From the NCBI RefSeq assembly GCF_009914755.1, contig NC_060926.1: a stretch of DNA of 64,000 nt; one strand, given 5' to 3'. Positions within the stretch are counted from its first letter, which is position 1, and each line of letters begins with the position of its first letter. The notes beneath the pieces were generated by a model. The model did no database searches. It had not been told where the DNA came from and worked only from the letters and a program-made list of their open reading frames with translations. This document shows positions 12,931 through 30,943 of this stretch, piece by piece. The position numbers and the translations under genes are program-made. Source of the DNA: the human T2T-CHM13v2.0 reference genome, Homo sapiens.

Positions 12931-15900
12931 CTGTCCTTGGAAGCTCAGATAAACTGGAGGCTACAGTAGATAAGGACGGTCGGGGCACTTGCTTCTGAGT
13001 GGCACTGTTTGGCTGTGATATTGGGCATCTGCTTTTCTATCTTTGAATGAAGCGAAGGATAAGAAAAAATGATTAAGAGAAGCACTGAGTGAATGGTAAC
13101 TTGCAGACTAATTTTTGAGGTGTAGGAACGTGACTGTCACTATGATTAATTATAGCAAACATCTATCAAGCACCCTGAGGGCAGCTCTCAGTTTATGGAA
13201 TGATTTAGAGTGCCTGTTTGCACTCTAAATTTATGAGGAGAAAATGTGACCTAAATTAGAATTTCGTGGACTGTGTTGGAACGCCTGGAGACAGTGCTAA
13301 AAATGCAAGAAATCATTAATAATTAAATGTTTAATGTTTATTATAGTGACTCCAGAAGTTTAGGTTTGAATGTATAATGTAATAAAGTTGTATTTTGTGA
13401 TGTAGTTACAATTTATGATGCATTAGGGCCCTTTGTATAATCAGTATGTACCATGTATGCTGCCCATAATACAGGTTTTGAAGAATAACTTTACTATTTT
13501 ACATGATTATAAAGATTTATGATGATTTTATTTTTGCTTTTATGACATTATAGACCATATCTGTGATACCTATAATACCAAATCCTTGGTCAGAAACAAA
13601 CACCCAATTACAGTACAGTCCCAGTAGGAAGACATGATTGGTTTTTGAACATCTACTTTATAAAATGATTTTTAAGGATTTTAACTTGGCAAAAAGGAAA
13701 TACTTTCTGTGCAGCACTTTCATTTTAACATTCGTTTATTTGGTAGTTATTCAGCACCTATTATGTACTAAGTAAATTGATCTCTAATTTTGCAAATCTG
13801 ACTATTTATAAGTCTTAAAACTGATTTGATATATTTGTAGTTTTATATATCAAGGATAGACTTGTTAGTCTGTAATCCTGACATACAAAAGCAGGATAAC
13901 TAAGTTTGTAGAGAGCACTTTATGCTTTTAAAAATGCTTCTATATGCATTGTCTTATTTAATTCTCACATTGGTTAGGTCTTAACATGCTCATTTTATGG
14001 AAGGATAGATGATGCATTAGATGAACTTGTTGCCATTTGCATCCTGAAAGTCTTTTATTATGTTTATAGATGAGGAATTATATTGTCCTGAACATTCATG
14101 GCTGTTACTCTTTGTACAATCCAGTTGGCGACTAGTCATGTTCTTTTTTGTTGTAACTCTGTCTTCTATTTTTATCTTAACAGTCTTTATGTAAGACTTT
14201 AAGTAATATTTATATTTTTATACATTTCAGTTTTATTTTCCCAACTAGCCTGCAAATCTCATGTGTGCTATATCTCTTCATAATTATAAAGCAGTATTAA
14301 CTATTTTTTATAGTCCTTATAGTACCTGGCACATTGTAGGCCTTCAGTAAAGGTAATTGAATCTGAAGTGGGAATAAGGAGAACTGATACCTTGATTTGC
14401 ATCCTACCTTCATTTGTTTCATTCTCTGGGCAGTATTTTTGATTTTAGGCCAGTCAAGCTTGGGGCTTCCCTCTCTTTTTCCAGGCTCTTGCTTTAAGCC
14501 ATGTCATTGCACAGCAGACCATGGTGCAACAAAGAGGATTTGGAGCCCTGTATACTCAGTTTTGCCAAACGTTTACTGCTCTAATAAATCATCTATTGGC
14601 TAAGCTAACTTTGGGGAATTGCCTATGGACTTTACTTCTATTTGCCAGCCCCATCTGGTTGCCATGGATACTTGCTGTGGCAGAAGGTTGTCCTACAGGC
14701 ACTGGAACATGATGTTGCCTGTGGCAACAAATAGCTCAGTGGGCAGCAGAAGGAATAGGGGTGGGACAGGAGTACCAGGTACTCACAGGGAGGGCAGGGA
14801 CTTTGGTTGGACTCAGCAGAAGCTATAAGAGGCATTCTAGTCAGATAGTCAGGGCTGGGCCTGGCCTGTTCAGGGAGCATGTGATACCAGGAGATAGTGT
14901 TGTTGTAAGCAGGTAATAAGCATTGAGGAGGTCCATTAAGGGCAACAGGTGAAGTTTTGGCTGGTGATCAGCCATGTTGTCAGGGGGATTCTGGAAGCAG
15001 GTAATCTGCAGAGATCAGGTGAGCTAGGAGTTGAGATTGGATCTAGTATGAAGCAGAAAAGACCAGGGACGGGAATCAAGGGCAGTCTTGAATGAGCTCG
15101 GGCACTTAGCCATAGTGGGAGGGTGGAAGCAGAGCCTCAGGATTGTCAGGAGAGAAGGCAGGGCTAAGGCATAGCTGCCGAGCAGAATTGAACCTGTGGT
15201 CAGAGCTGGGGTCAGATGTGTGATGGTATAGAAGAGATAGTACTGACCTAGAGTAGAAAATTTTGACTTCTGATCCCTGCTCTTCCACATACTAAGCCTG
15301 CAATCTTTAGGAAGTTTTTTTTTCTTTTTGCTTCTCTAGGCCTCAGTTTCCTCATCTGTGGAATGAGAAGGGTGGGTTGATGTGTATTTTGCAACGTATG
15401 ACTTGTGTAGAGTTTTCCTTTCCAAAAAGCATTTTGTGTTAAAATAGTTTTGGAAGTGCTGCATAGTGTATGTTCCCCCATCATTGCCAAGATTTATAAT
15501 GCTCATTATTATCTTAAAATAGCCAGTGATGCACTATGATTTTATTTAGTCTAGCAATTCTGAAACTGATTGACCATGGAATATTTCTTCCCCCAGTTTG
15601 TTGATTTGGTGAGGGATTCTGGAATTGGAAGGGATATAGCTTGGAAAAGACTGGACTCACTGATTTCTCAGATGCCTGCCATTTGAGCATACCCATGCAT
15701 TTATGAGGCTGTCCAGTTGGGTGGCCACAGAAGGTTCCTTCCCTTCCCACAACTTTAACTTGGTATTTCCTTCTCCTTTTCCTCTTGAGAGTTATAGTAT
15801 AGACGCTACTGCTGTTTGGAGTTTCCTGTCTCCCAGCACTGGAGCACTTGGTCCCTGGTTCCCAGATCATCACTTAGAGGAAAGGGTGTGGATAGAGACT

Positions 15901-18900
15901 GTAATTGTTCCTCCTTCCCTTCCCAGAGCCTGGTGTTGGTCTTAAAGTCAGCCTCCCCACATCTGCTTCTATTGCCTTACTAGAAGAACTTCTCTTTCTC
16001 CCATCCCCCTTTGCTTCATCTGTCACAGGCTTCTGGAAAACTAACCTCCACACAGAGCATTATTTTCGCCACTGGGAATGTGTTTTCCTCTTTCAAAACA
16101 ACTCATTTACAAATAAACTTTTGGAATTCTGCCCATCCCATTCCACCTCCCATGAGATTGACTGAGGTAATTCCTTACATACAATCTGTTTAAACATTTT
16201 GTTATCAAGAGTAGGAAAAAATACTAATTGTTTTGCCAGCCTGCATTTTGGATAAATAACTAAAGAACAGCTCACTTTTTCTCCCCCTCCCAGCGGCCTT
16301 TTGGGAATGGGAAGATTTTATAAAATAAACTTGGTGCAAATAAAAGTGACTTTTTTAGTGGTTGAATCAAGTTATGGTAATAATTTTGAGACTGAAAATA
16401 TTTACTCATATAGCAAATACTTATGCAGTTTTTACCATGAGAGTAATATTGTGCCAGACACTGTGGGATATCAACCAAATGCCCTCAAGTAATGCATGTA
16501 ACTGAGTAGGTAAGACCACCATATGGAATCAATTAGAATGGGATTCAGTGTTAATCTGTATGCTATTCCATTGAGTTAAGGGAAAGTATGGTATGAATTC
16601 AGAGATGGGACTGACCCTTACAGGCTGATTTAGTCAGTGGGGGCTCTGCCAAAATAGAAGGCTATAAGGGCCAGCTCTTGAAAGATAGGTGGGATTTGTA
16701 AATTTTGCAAAGGGGTAGTGTTTAGATGGATGAATGCACACAAGCAACTCAAACCTTCTCAAATAAAATATATTTGAGACTCTGCTGTGTGCTAGGCAGT
16801 GTATTTCATATTATGGATAACAGTGAGAATTCCCTCTTTGAGGCAGGCAGTAGGTGTATAGGACCTGTGAGAATGAATGTATGTAACTAGAATAACTGAG
16901 GGAGCAACTAATCCCAACTTCCCTCCTTAGTTTGAAGTCAGAATTTTCCCAGCTTGGTGAAATTCTGTAGGCCAGCTACACTAGGGGGTCAGCTTGGTGT
17001 TGGGACACCTGGATTCAGACGGAATGTTGGCAAGGAACATAGTGTCAAGGTTATCCCTGAGACATATTTGTCAAAATAACTTAAGAGATTTGGGTTAGTT
17101 AACAGCTGAGATTATACATTTCAAATACAGTGTTGGCAGTTTTCATGTGGAATCATCCTAAGAACTGCTCCAGCGTCAAATTTGGTTTGGACAGCTTTTA
17201 ACCATTAATCTCTGGCAGGACACAGTTGGCTTATATAATTCTCCTATAAGCTATTCTTGCATATTAGTGGAAAACTGATTTATATCTTTTTTGGATTTTT
17301 TTTCTCGTATATATTTAGACAAAACCTCAGAATGTTCTGTTTTATACTGGGTCTGAGGACCCACACAAAGGAACTTTGTTTCTGTTGAGTGCATAGGAAG
17401 ATCAGCCCAGTGACTTACCTGAATTTTATTTTTAACTTTGTTATTTACAAAATTGACAGGTTATTTTTGAAGCTCAGTGGTCAATTCTTTTGAAGCCATT
17501 GAAGTGGTTTACTGGTGTAGATATGATCTTAGTACTCGAAAAAACTCACTTCACTTAGCTAGATCCCATCTGCCCTATCAGTTGAATAGAGACAATAACT
17601 ATTGTAAGGATAAAGCAAAAAGTGTTGAGAAATTTTTTAGTAAGGGGATGTTCTGTGAAGTATACTCTTAAGGATTTTTATTTTTGTACAGACACATAGT
17701 TGACTGCCCATAAATGTTTGCTGAATAAATGTGTGACTGAAGATTCCCACTTCTGTTTCAGGCAGTTATTCACAAAATGGCAAAATGTCACTTTTTTATG
17801 GTAAGCAGGCATCATTGACATTTATTAAATTGAAAGTATTAACAATAGTTGCCACAGAGATTTTTAAAAAATGTCTTTTTCTTTTTGTATGTCTTATCGT
17901 ACATGGCTAGAAAAACATCCCTAAACCAGAGTTACGATTTTTCTTCTATTTTCTGTTAAAGTGGACTTTCTATTCAGACGGCAAATTTTAGCTTCAAATA
18001 TTGGGAAATTAACTAAGGTTATCTCATGTTATAAGAGATGTACCTGTAAATGGAAGATGGCAAAGTGGAAGATTTTTCTTATCATTAAATGCCTGTATTT
18101 CTCATAGCCAAGTCAATTCAGCTAAGACTTGAAGGCACCAATTATTTCAGATTTTTCTTTCAAGCAGCAAACTTTAATGAAAATATGTAGTTACTCTGAT
18201 TTCCTTCCTATCAATTTAAGCAATTTATCTGTAAATATATTTTCCACAAAATAAATTCCAAGTTAATTGGAGATTTACTTTCCATATTAAGGAACACGCT
18301 CACCCTTGTATGGAGTGATCCAAAAGTCTACACTGGCATTGCCAGTATAGCATTTCTCTGAGATCTTCTCTCCAAATGAAACATTATGCCATTTTTCATA
18401 AATATTAATGTATGAACTAAGGCTGTCTCTCCTGTCTTGCAAAGCTAAGTGGAAAATTAAACACTTAACCAGGCAACTCAGTTCATCTGTCCCCAGACTC
18501 TTCTTTTTCCTCATTAAGAGGAAATTTCACGTGAAATATTGGAATTGTATTCATAATTGGAAATTAGTTTTTCAGGAAGGACTGAAAAAGGGTGCTTATT
18601 TCAAAGCTCCCCTGCAGATTATTTTGATTGATGCCCTTGAACAATTCTTTGGAGTTTAAACTTTTAGAAGTCTCCATTTTGGTTTGGAAAAAGGAATGAA
18701 AATGATTTTTTAAACTCTAAGTTGTTCACAGATCTGCTTGCCTGTAGCTATGTAATCTCCAGTTCCCATTTTCTCTATCCACACCACCTCCATTCTCAAG
18801 TAGGAGCCTTTATGTATGAAGTTGGGGGATTACCTATGATCGCTTCACTCTCTCCTTGACTAACCAGATTACCACAGAGTATCCAAAATCCAATCCATCT

Positions 18901-19239
18901 TCTTTATTCTTGTAGTAAAGGCTGATGTCTGCTATGCATTTCATCTACTCAAACACCTTCTTTTAGCATTTTTGTGTAGTCAGTCCAAGATGTTAAAGCC
19001 AATATAATTTGTCTTATCTGTGCCTATCAATACATCACTTCCTACAGAGACTTAATAGAATTTTAGAGCGAGAAGGAATCACATGACCTTGATCACTCAG
19101 CTGGTTTGAGACATATATAAGACTTAATGCTTAATATTCTTCTTTCTTATTGTGTTCTCTATTTAAAAAATACTTTGCTGTCCTTCCATCGATGGCCTGT
19201 GACACTCTGCGTGACTTTTCTCTGCTTGTTTCATAGGCT

Positions 19240-19560
19240 AGACCCTAATGAGGAAGGCTGTTTTTCAGTTCCTTCATCGTGCTAAGCTCATCCACACTGC
19301 AGGGACTGTGCATGAGCTGTTGCTTCAGTGTAGAATGCTCATCCTCTAACCACGACTGGCTTTCATTCATTCATTGGTTAACAACTTAAATTGTCATTTC
19401 TCAGAGAGGCCTAGTCTGATCATCCAGTCATTCCTTCAGTGCACTTAACACATTTAAAGATATTTTTGTTTATTTTCTTGTTTCTTATCTATTATTACCT
19501 GTTTATTTATTCTTCATTATATTTCAGCATCTGGAACATTCAAATATTTATTGCATAAAT
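19240..19560 (+). mobile_element. L2 LINE 3' fragment
   Basis: tgtcatttctcagagaggcctagtctgatcatcc...caaatatttattg matches the L2 3' pattern. Confidence 0.55.
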
Positions 19561-20087
19561 ATACTGTTTATTGATGAAATTTTTTGGCCCAATTTAAATG
19601 TTTATTAACAGCTAGAGTGTAATTAGTCAGTTTACTAACACTAATTGAACAAATTTTGTGTGCACAGTAATTTATTCAATGGTACTCCAAAACATAAGGC
19701 ATTCACTTCCCTTTGAATCTTTGTATTCATTTGTATTTATCTGGTTTTCACTCCTATTTCAGATTCCCAATGCTTATGTTTAGTGCTCCATGCAGTAGTC
19801 AGTGCACTCAATGAAAACTGCTCTTTCTTGCTGGTGTTAAGTATAGATGGCTGAGTGACACAGCAGCCCATGAAAGCCAAGGACAGGAAGCTAGTCTGAA
19901 GACTCTGTGGGCTGCTATAGGTAGAAGATTGTGCACCAATGATGATTGTAGTCCTAGATCTGCCGTCATGATGCTGGAGCAGGAGCAGAGTAAAGCAAGC
20001 AACCATCTCTGCTGGAGAGAGCCAGAAATGGGGAGGTGAGGCGTGGGTGGTGATATCAAAACTGTAGTTAGCACTAGAATGGAAGCA

Positions 20088-20330
20088 GGTAATAATAAAT
20101 AGCTAGAAGGAGCTAAATACCAGGCAGTGTCTTTGGTGATTTACACATAGCAACTCAATCTGTACAACAACCTTGTGGTGTAGGTACTGTTATTAACCCA
20201 TTTTTCAAATGGGAAAACTGAGACACAGGAGTTTAATAATGTGCCCAAGTCCACAGAGTACATACTGGAGCCAGGATTCAAACCCAGGCAGTCTAGCTCT
20301 CACATCAATGCTTGTAACTGCTAGTCCACA
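20088..20330 (-). mobile_element. MIR SINE
   Basis: acaaccttgtggtgtaggtactgttattaacccatttttcaaatgggaaaactgagacacag...ggattcaaacccaggcagtc. Confidence 0.85.
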
Positions 20331-20773
20331 ACACGTTCCAGATGATGTTTTCAGGGAGCTGGTTCTTAAAGAAGCATAAAGGGAATATTGGCAAAAGCAG
20401 GGTAACTCTTAAGCACCAGAACAAATTTCAAAAAGAACTCACTAACTCCTGGTAAATGCTGTTTTGCAGTAAATAAATGTTTCGCACTCTTTTTCGATGC
20501 TGATAAAAGTAAAATATAACATATGGAAAAGACAATAGAATAAATAAACAATGAATATAGCTGACACCACAATGATGCTGAATGTATGAGGAATTGATAC
20601 CAAGTAAATCTGCATTTTATGCATGTACCAGCGATCATCTCAAGAGAGACCTCTGATTTTTCACAGTTTCAGCAGTTGAAGTCAAGTAAAAGACCCAAGC
20701 TTCACAGACCAGGACCCTGTGTAATGTCTTGGAAATTGACTGGGGAATTCATTGGGCACCACACACAAAGTGA

Positions 20774-24265
<3,492 letters not shown>

Positions 24266-27119
24266 AGAACTCAGTTGCAGAGATATTGAATAGCAAGACA
24301 GAATTTAGCTTCTGAAGGTATAGGAAATGGGGGTGAATCTCACCACTGCGAGAGTGAATGGGTTAGGGCTCCAGGGAGGTTTTATTTTCAAGATAACTTT
24401 GGTGCTACTCTATCATCTGCTTGCTATTTAGGTTCGAGTGAACAGAAGATAATGACAGAAAGTTTCTGACCCTGTGGGTTTGAGAAAGTTCCAAATGCCC
24501 CCCTTGTTGATGCTCCTTCCTGGGGAAGAACCTTCTCTAAGCTTATGTGGATTATTTGGCTGAGCTTCTGAAACCTCCCTGTAAATTTATCAAATACACA
24601 ATCATGTTGGTTATCACAAAGCAAGTAGTTTTCTAAACCTCTATACAAAAGGCTGATTGACTGTTACTAGAACAGGATTGAGGAGCTGTAGCTTCAGACT
24701 TATTATGTGTACCCCTTCCAAGCAATTCATTTTTCACCATATGTATTAGGAACTAAATTCTTAGCTTGATAGCAATGATAGGATATGAAAAGTTGGTGTC
24801 TCTTGATGATAAATTGACTTCTCAGTCACCCCCACATAGAGAACAAATAGAATACATTTCAAGTGAATTGTTATTTAGGGTACGAAGTTTCATCTCTTTA
24901 TAGATCAGTTCATTAAAATGGTCGTTTATGGAAAGATATATACGTTTATAAATTGTAGGAGGTGTCCATCATTTTTCATGGATTTGAATTTACAGGGGCC
25001 ATGGGCCTATTGCTTTGTTCCATCTTAATGTTCTTGGGTACTTCTTAAGGACAAACTGCAAATTAAAAACAATTCATCTTGTCCTATTCCTGTGTATAAC
25101 ATGTTGATTTAAGAAGCCTTTCTCAGTAAATCTGCTAAGCCAGTAGCCTCAAAAAGAAGCCCCAGTTGGGTCATTGGTGCTAATGACAGAAAGCTGAGCT
25201 GCCAACAGAGGGGAGAAGGGTGTATTTATGGACATTTCTGTTAGCAGACCCTCCATTTCTTGCATTGTTTAAAATCTTGCATGACTTTGTCTTCTGTCAA
25301 GGGGGAAATAGATTCATAATTCTTTTTATACAGTGGTGATGCTCCCTATAGCTATGTACTCCCTGAGGAGACAGGATAGAATAATGTTAATTATTAATTA
25401 AAGAAATACAAGCAGAGACACTCCTCTGGCCAGTCTCCCTCCACCTAGCATGCCCTGAGATATCTTATTAGAATGGAATTTTCCCAAGTGTATTAAAACA
25501 TCATTTAATTATTATTATTTTTAATTAGAATGTCTCACTCAAACCATGTGGGACCAGGTAGACTTTTTAAAAATAATTTTAATGTGTTCTAAAGGGGAAT
25601 GTTTTTGTTGTTATTTGCACTTCTACATTATTCACAATTGTGTTTATTCCATAAAGTCAACTGCTTGTATTTTCTTTTAGCTCTCCTAGTCTTGAATTTT
25701 ACAGAGATATTTTTAACTCTTTAAATACTCCAAGGTAGTATTTTTATGTCCAAGAGGCATGTACCTTAGTTTAGGGACTCTTTGGGGTTAAAATATTGGT
25801 GTCAGACTTGGGCTTACAAACATGAATAAATCACAGTTCCTTCCCCATGGGACATGGATTTAATAGTCTATTCATTTCTTCACTTTTTATTGTTATTTTT
25901 CTTTTTCATTTATAATTTAAAGTTTCCTCTAAACAGTTGAAATGACCATGCACTGAAAAGAGATAACTAACATGAAAACTTAAAGATTTTCAATTTTATC
26001 TTCTTTGAAAGTTAAAGAAGCACTCTTGAATTTTGTGAGGGTGAATAAAAATTATTGATTTAATAATGCGATTTTATAATACAGCACATAATATTTCTGT
26101 GATAATATAAAATTAATCTGAAAATTAGTGTAAGCAGAATAAAATTTAAGATTCATTTATGGCCAGCATGAATTTAAAATTTCCTTTTGGTCATTATATG
26201 TATAATTATAGGCTATATGGAGATGTAGTTAGCCTAAGAAACCATCATTTGAAGATAATAGTTACTTTAGGTGTAGAGAAGTTTATTGTATTTACCCTGG
26301 TTTCTCAGGAAGCATAAATATTGATATATATTCTCAGAGCCCATAAGATTTTGTGAACAATGATGGATTACTTTAAAATTAGTGCATTGAGATATTTGAT
26401 TTGTGGGGAATAAGCAATTTCTGTTCTAATGTCTGTGATGACTTCTGTAGGTGACATACATCAAATTATCTTTTGTTATCCACCAAAAATAATGTTAACA
26501 GTATTGATAGTCATGACTTTAAATTGAACAGAGTGAACATTTCCTTGGATTCCTCAGTTTTCCAGAAGAGAGAGAATCCAGGAGAGATTCAGGAAAGCAG
26601 CTCATTTGAAAACTAAAATTGGACATTTACAAGCCAGAAGAAACTGCACTTTGCCTGTGTGTGTGTCATTGTCTTCTGTCTACCTCTGAGAGTTGGGTTG
26701 TAAGAAGCTTGTGAAATTTTTTGCACACTGCATTGTGAGTGGCATCTGTATTTCTTAAGCCCACTAATGACTTAGCAGATTCAAGCACTTTGCTTTGGAT
26801 GGCTTGGTTGTTGACTGAAACTGGCCATTTTCACTTTGGCTGACTCTTGTTTATTTAAAGGCACCACTGAACTGATTAAGGAGATAATGCAGTTATTGTG
26901 TCTTAGGCAAAATACGGTTTTCATTCCTTCAACAAATGCATCAACTAAGGGATAGTGTTGCATTCAAGTATAATGATAAGGAAGAGGGTTTAAATCAAGC
27001 AGACTTGGTGCCGATCAAATTCTTTGAAACTTGCTTAATTTGGCCTTTACTTTGTCTCTCTGCAGCATCTATGTTCTCCAGCAGTGAGGACTATTTATAA
27101 TGCTGCAGAAATGGGCTTT

Positions 27120-27320
27120 GCTGGGCACACCTCAGGTTAAGTCCAGAAATTGCAGCCTACGTGACTTTGAGGAATTACTTAACATCTCTAAGCTGTCAAT
27201 CTTTTATCTGTAAGATAGGGATAAGAATATTTGCCTCTTAGTTTTGCAGTGAAGATTAAATACATGTAAAAAATGCATGTGCTTTTAGGCAAAGTGCTTG
27301 ATACATAATAAATCAAATAA
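27120..27320 (+). mobile_element. MIR SINE
   Basis: gtgactttgaggaattacttaacatctctaagc...atctgtaagataggg...gtgaagattaaa. Confidence 0.7.
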
Positions 27321-28849
27321 ATGTCATTAGCATTATTTTGTGTCATCTGATTTGCTTGCTTGACCAAATTGACTAGTCTGTTGTTGCCTAGTAAGTATTT
27401 AGTGAAGAAAAAATGATAGAATCCTTGTGAAACTAGAAGGGCCCAAATGAACTTCAAGGTCAGCAGGAATTTTCCTGACCAGAACTTTCCCTCCGTACTA
27501 CACTATTGTGAAGTGTTTCTAAAATTAAAAGGCATAAAGAACTGGGTGAACACATTTAGGTTGCCCTGTGTTGGCTGGATTTAAGAGGACTCTTGAGATT
27601 TATTTCTTATTTCAATTTTACTACCAAAAGTTAAAAAAAACCCTGACACATTGTTTAGTTAGAATAGTTTTATCAAATAAAATGCTTATAGTATGTCATT
27701 CTTTCATAACTTTTTGACTGTTTTTCTGCAAGCATTCAATAATTTGTTCTTACTGGCATCAAGTAATATTCCTTTACACTAGGATTAAGGTGAAGTATTT
27801 TTTTTTTTCTTAATCAGGTAATTTTTTCAGTGCAAAGAGTTTTTAAGCATACAGAGTTTAGGACAGAAATCTTTAAGGAAGTACTTTTAAAGAAGAGTGT
27901 TTTGAAGTGTAAACAAGCCTCAGCTAAGGATATTTAACTACCATAATCAGAACTGGTATGCATCTATCACATGGATGTGCTTTATTCTTTTTCTCAGAAC
28001 ATTGTAACATTGTCTTAAATATTTTCTGCTTTCCCAAGGCCTTATATTATACATGGTAGATATTCCACAAATGTTTGTGTAATGAAGAAATGAAAGAATT
28101 GCAACGTAATATACATATGCCTTTAGAAAGACTATCTTAGCTGCCTTTAGCAGTTAAACCACTAATAAGGTTTATTGTAAAATGCATGGCAATTGTAACC
28201 CAGGAATTGTGGGTGTTAAAGAGTCTGAAAGATCATCTACCTCAGTATTCATGTTTGATTACTGAAAATTAAAACCCAATGATGCTAATATGCCTGGACA
28301 GTCACAGAGTTTGAATTAAAAGGGAACACTTCCAACCTAGAGCTGTTTGAACTGGTAAAATCCCTTCCTGTGGTGAGTATGCATTTGGCCTTTGGTCCCT
28401 TAAAATGCCCCAATAAAATAACTTCTTCTTTCCTTGTGTATATGTTCAGTTATTTAGAATCACTCCTAAAGATTTGTCATATTCGCCTTTTATGCTAAAT
28501 CAGTATGGTTGTTACATTTAAAACATTTTTAAGCTGTGACAAATGATATCCCAGCCTACGGTGTCTTAGTAGTATAGTTATTCTAATTTTAGTGGACATA
28601 ATATTCAGCATGGTATAGTTCACCCACTTAGTATGCCCCAGTTCCTTAACATAGAGATCTGTAGGAATACATGGAATAAAATGTCTGTATGCTTGAAAAG
28701 AGTTTTGTCTCTCCTTGATATAAATCAGGAAAGGCAAGGACCAAGTACTGAGAAATATTCAGTAATTACTGGGGATGAGTAGAGTAAGGCAAAAAAAAAA
28801 AAAAAAAAAAAGATTTTAAGCATTGCCCGGCTCTCACTTTGACTGCTTA

Positions 28850-29070
28850 GAAATATTTACTGAATGCCTGCTCTGTGCTAGTCCTTGCTTTAAGAACTTT
28901 TCATTATTAATTCACTTGATTTTCACAACAATCTAATAAGGAAGATACTGTAATTATCTGCTTTATCCGATGAGGAAACTGAGGTTAAAACACTGGCTAA
29001 AAGTTACAAACTGGCAGAATTAGAGCTGTCATCTGAATCCAGGAAGTCTAACAGAACCCACACTCTGTCA
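28850..29070 (-). mobile_element. MIR SINE
   Basis: atatttactgaatgcctgctctgtgc...gatgaggaaactgaggttaa. Confidence 0.75.
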
Positions 29071-29469
29071 CTGTGCATAATTCACTCTTTCCAAAATCTC
29101 CCTTGAAGAGCAAGGGGTCCCAGATGAAGAAGAATGAGAAAAGCATGCTAAAAGGAAGCAGCAGGAGATAAGCAAGACAACGAGAGGGTTGGATTTAGGA
29201 ATAGAACAGAGGTAAGAGTGAAGGATAGAGAGAACTCGCTGAAATGCACCCAAGAGGAAGACATAGGAGATTTGTGTCTTTGTCTATTGAGGGAGGCTGG
29301 ATACTTGCTCAGCTTTCTAAGGTTCAAGGCTGGGGACAAGGGGATAAAGTGAACTGGGGAAGGGTTTCTGCTTTGTAGCTCTGCCTCTTCCACCTGACTT
29401 CTGTCGTCAGACCCTTCTCCATCCTCATACTTTCTTTCAACAGCTCTTCGCTGTGGACTTCACATTTAA

Positions 29470-30410
29470 ACCAAGACTGCCGGTCTCTTCTCTGAGCTCC
29501 AGACCCACCTATGTAACTGCTTATTCTGCATCTTCCCTTCCTCGTCTGGTGGAAATGTTAAGCCTAACATGAACAAAATAGAACTTTTGGTTTCAAACCC
29601 CAGTTGTGCTCCTTCTCCAAGCCATTGCATGATATTCGTTCATGCCAAAAATATAGCGATGATCTTTGATTTCTTTTTTTCCCTTAATACGTCACATCTA
29701 CACTATATGTATGTTTTGTTGGCTGTACCTCCTGGAGACGTATTGAATCTGGCTGCTTTCTGCGCCACTGCCCTGGCTCATGCACAACCCACAGTCATCT
29801 CTCAGTCCAGTCCCATAGCAGCTCCCTCAGTGGTCACCCTCTCTCATTCTTGTTTCTTTTCTCTCTGGGTGCCATAAGGCAGCCAGAATGATCATTTTAA
29901 AATACAAATCAGATTATGTTGCCACAGTACACCACATCCGCCCTTCCTCAGTGGGCTCCTCCTGCAAGCAGTACACAATCCAAGCTTCTTATGTTAGTTT
30001 ACTGATGCCCTGGGACTTGTCTCCTTTCCAGGAGACAACTGCATCCTCCCTGTCTTCTCCCTTCCCCCCTCATTTCCTTCACTTCACTTTGAGCATTTCA
30101 GCCACTACTCTTCTCTGAATCTCTCAGGCTCATTGCCATCTTAGGGACTTCTCAAGTTCTATTCTTGCCGCTTGGAAAGCTCATTCCCAAATGTTTGTAT
30201 TTACGTCTCAACTTGGATACTTCAGATCCTCTCTGATGATGTAGATCTAAGCTAAAGTGGTGTGGTGGGACATACAGGGCAGTGGTGTGCTTATTTATGT
30301 ACCTGTTTTCCCTACTAGAATGTTCCTGGAGAGGAGGAGTCTTGTTTGCTTATTTTTCAATGGAGTACCCCTAGCACATAGTTAGTACTTAATAAATATA
30401 TGTTAACAGA
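29470..30410 (+). mobile_element. L2 LINE 3' region
   Basis: ctctgagctccagaccca, cctaacatgaacaaaatagaactt, aaaatacaaatcagattatgtt and ctagcacatagttagtacttaataaata. Confidence 0.75.
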
Positions 30411-30903
30411 GTAATTATGAAGTATTTGTTGACAAATATATGAAAAATTCCAACGTACAAAAAAGTTCAAAGTATGTGCTAATTTAGATTATCTAAACTA
30501 ACTGGATTTATTTGAAATAATCACTTTCTGTACAGATAGATAATGCTAAGTAAAATGTGAGAATGTCGCTTTTCTTATATAAAGGAACATTTCTCGATTG
30601 TTACATTGTGTATGAGTTTGTTTTGCCATCTGTTGTTTCATAGCCAGTACAGAGTATATGCTGGCTAAATTCAATGAATTTATTTATGAATTCCCAATTG
30701 ATTAAGTTCAAATTAATGATGCTTTGCTGTATAATTTGATAAAAATTATTTTTGTTTTTCTGAAGAGTATAACTAAAAAGCCAACCATACATGGGCTTTT
30801 AAAAGCATTTAAATATGCATAAAAAGGCACGCTAATTGTCCTAAGAGAAAATAACATATTTATAGGTTTACTTTCTTGAAAATTTGTTTTTTACAGATTT
30901 CCT

Positions 30904-30904
<1 letters not shown>

Positions 30905-30940
<36 letters not shown>
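30905..30940. repeat. Pure (T)36 homopolymer
   Basis: Read directly; no adjacent Alu or L1 body. Confidence 0.95.

Positions 30941-30943
<3 letters not shown>

Noticed and set aside
19700-20085. Possible old LTR or overlapping minus-strand ORFs
   Set aside because: I could not identify termini, a TSD or a family, and the ORFs lack coding features.
28791-28811. A21 tract as an orphan retro-tail
   Set aside because: No TSD is visible; it is an ordinary homopolymer.
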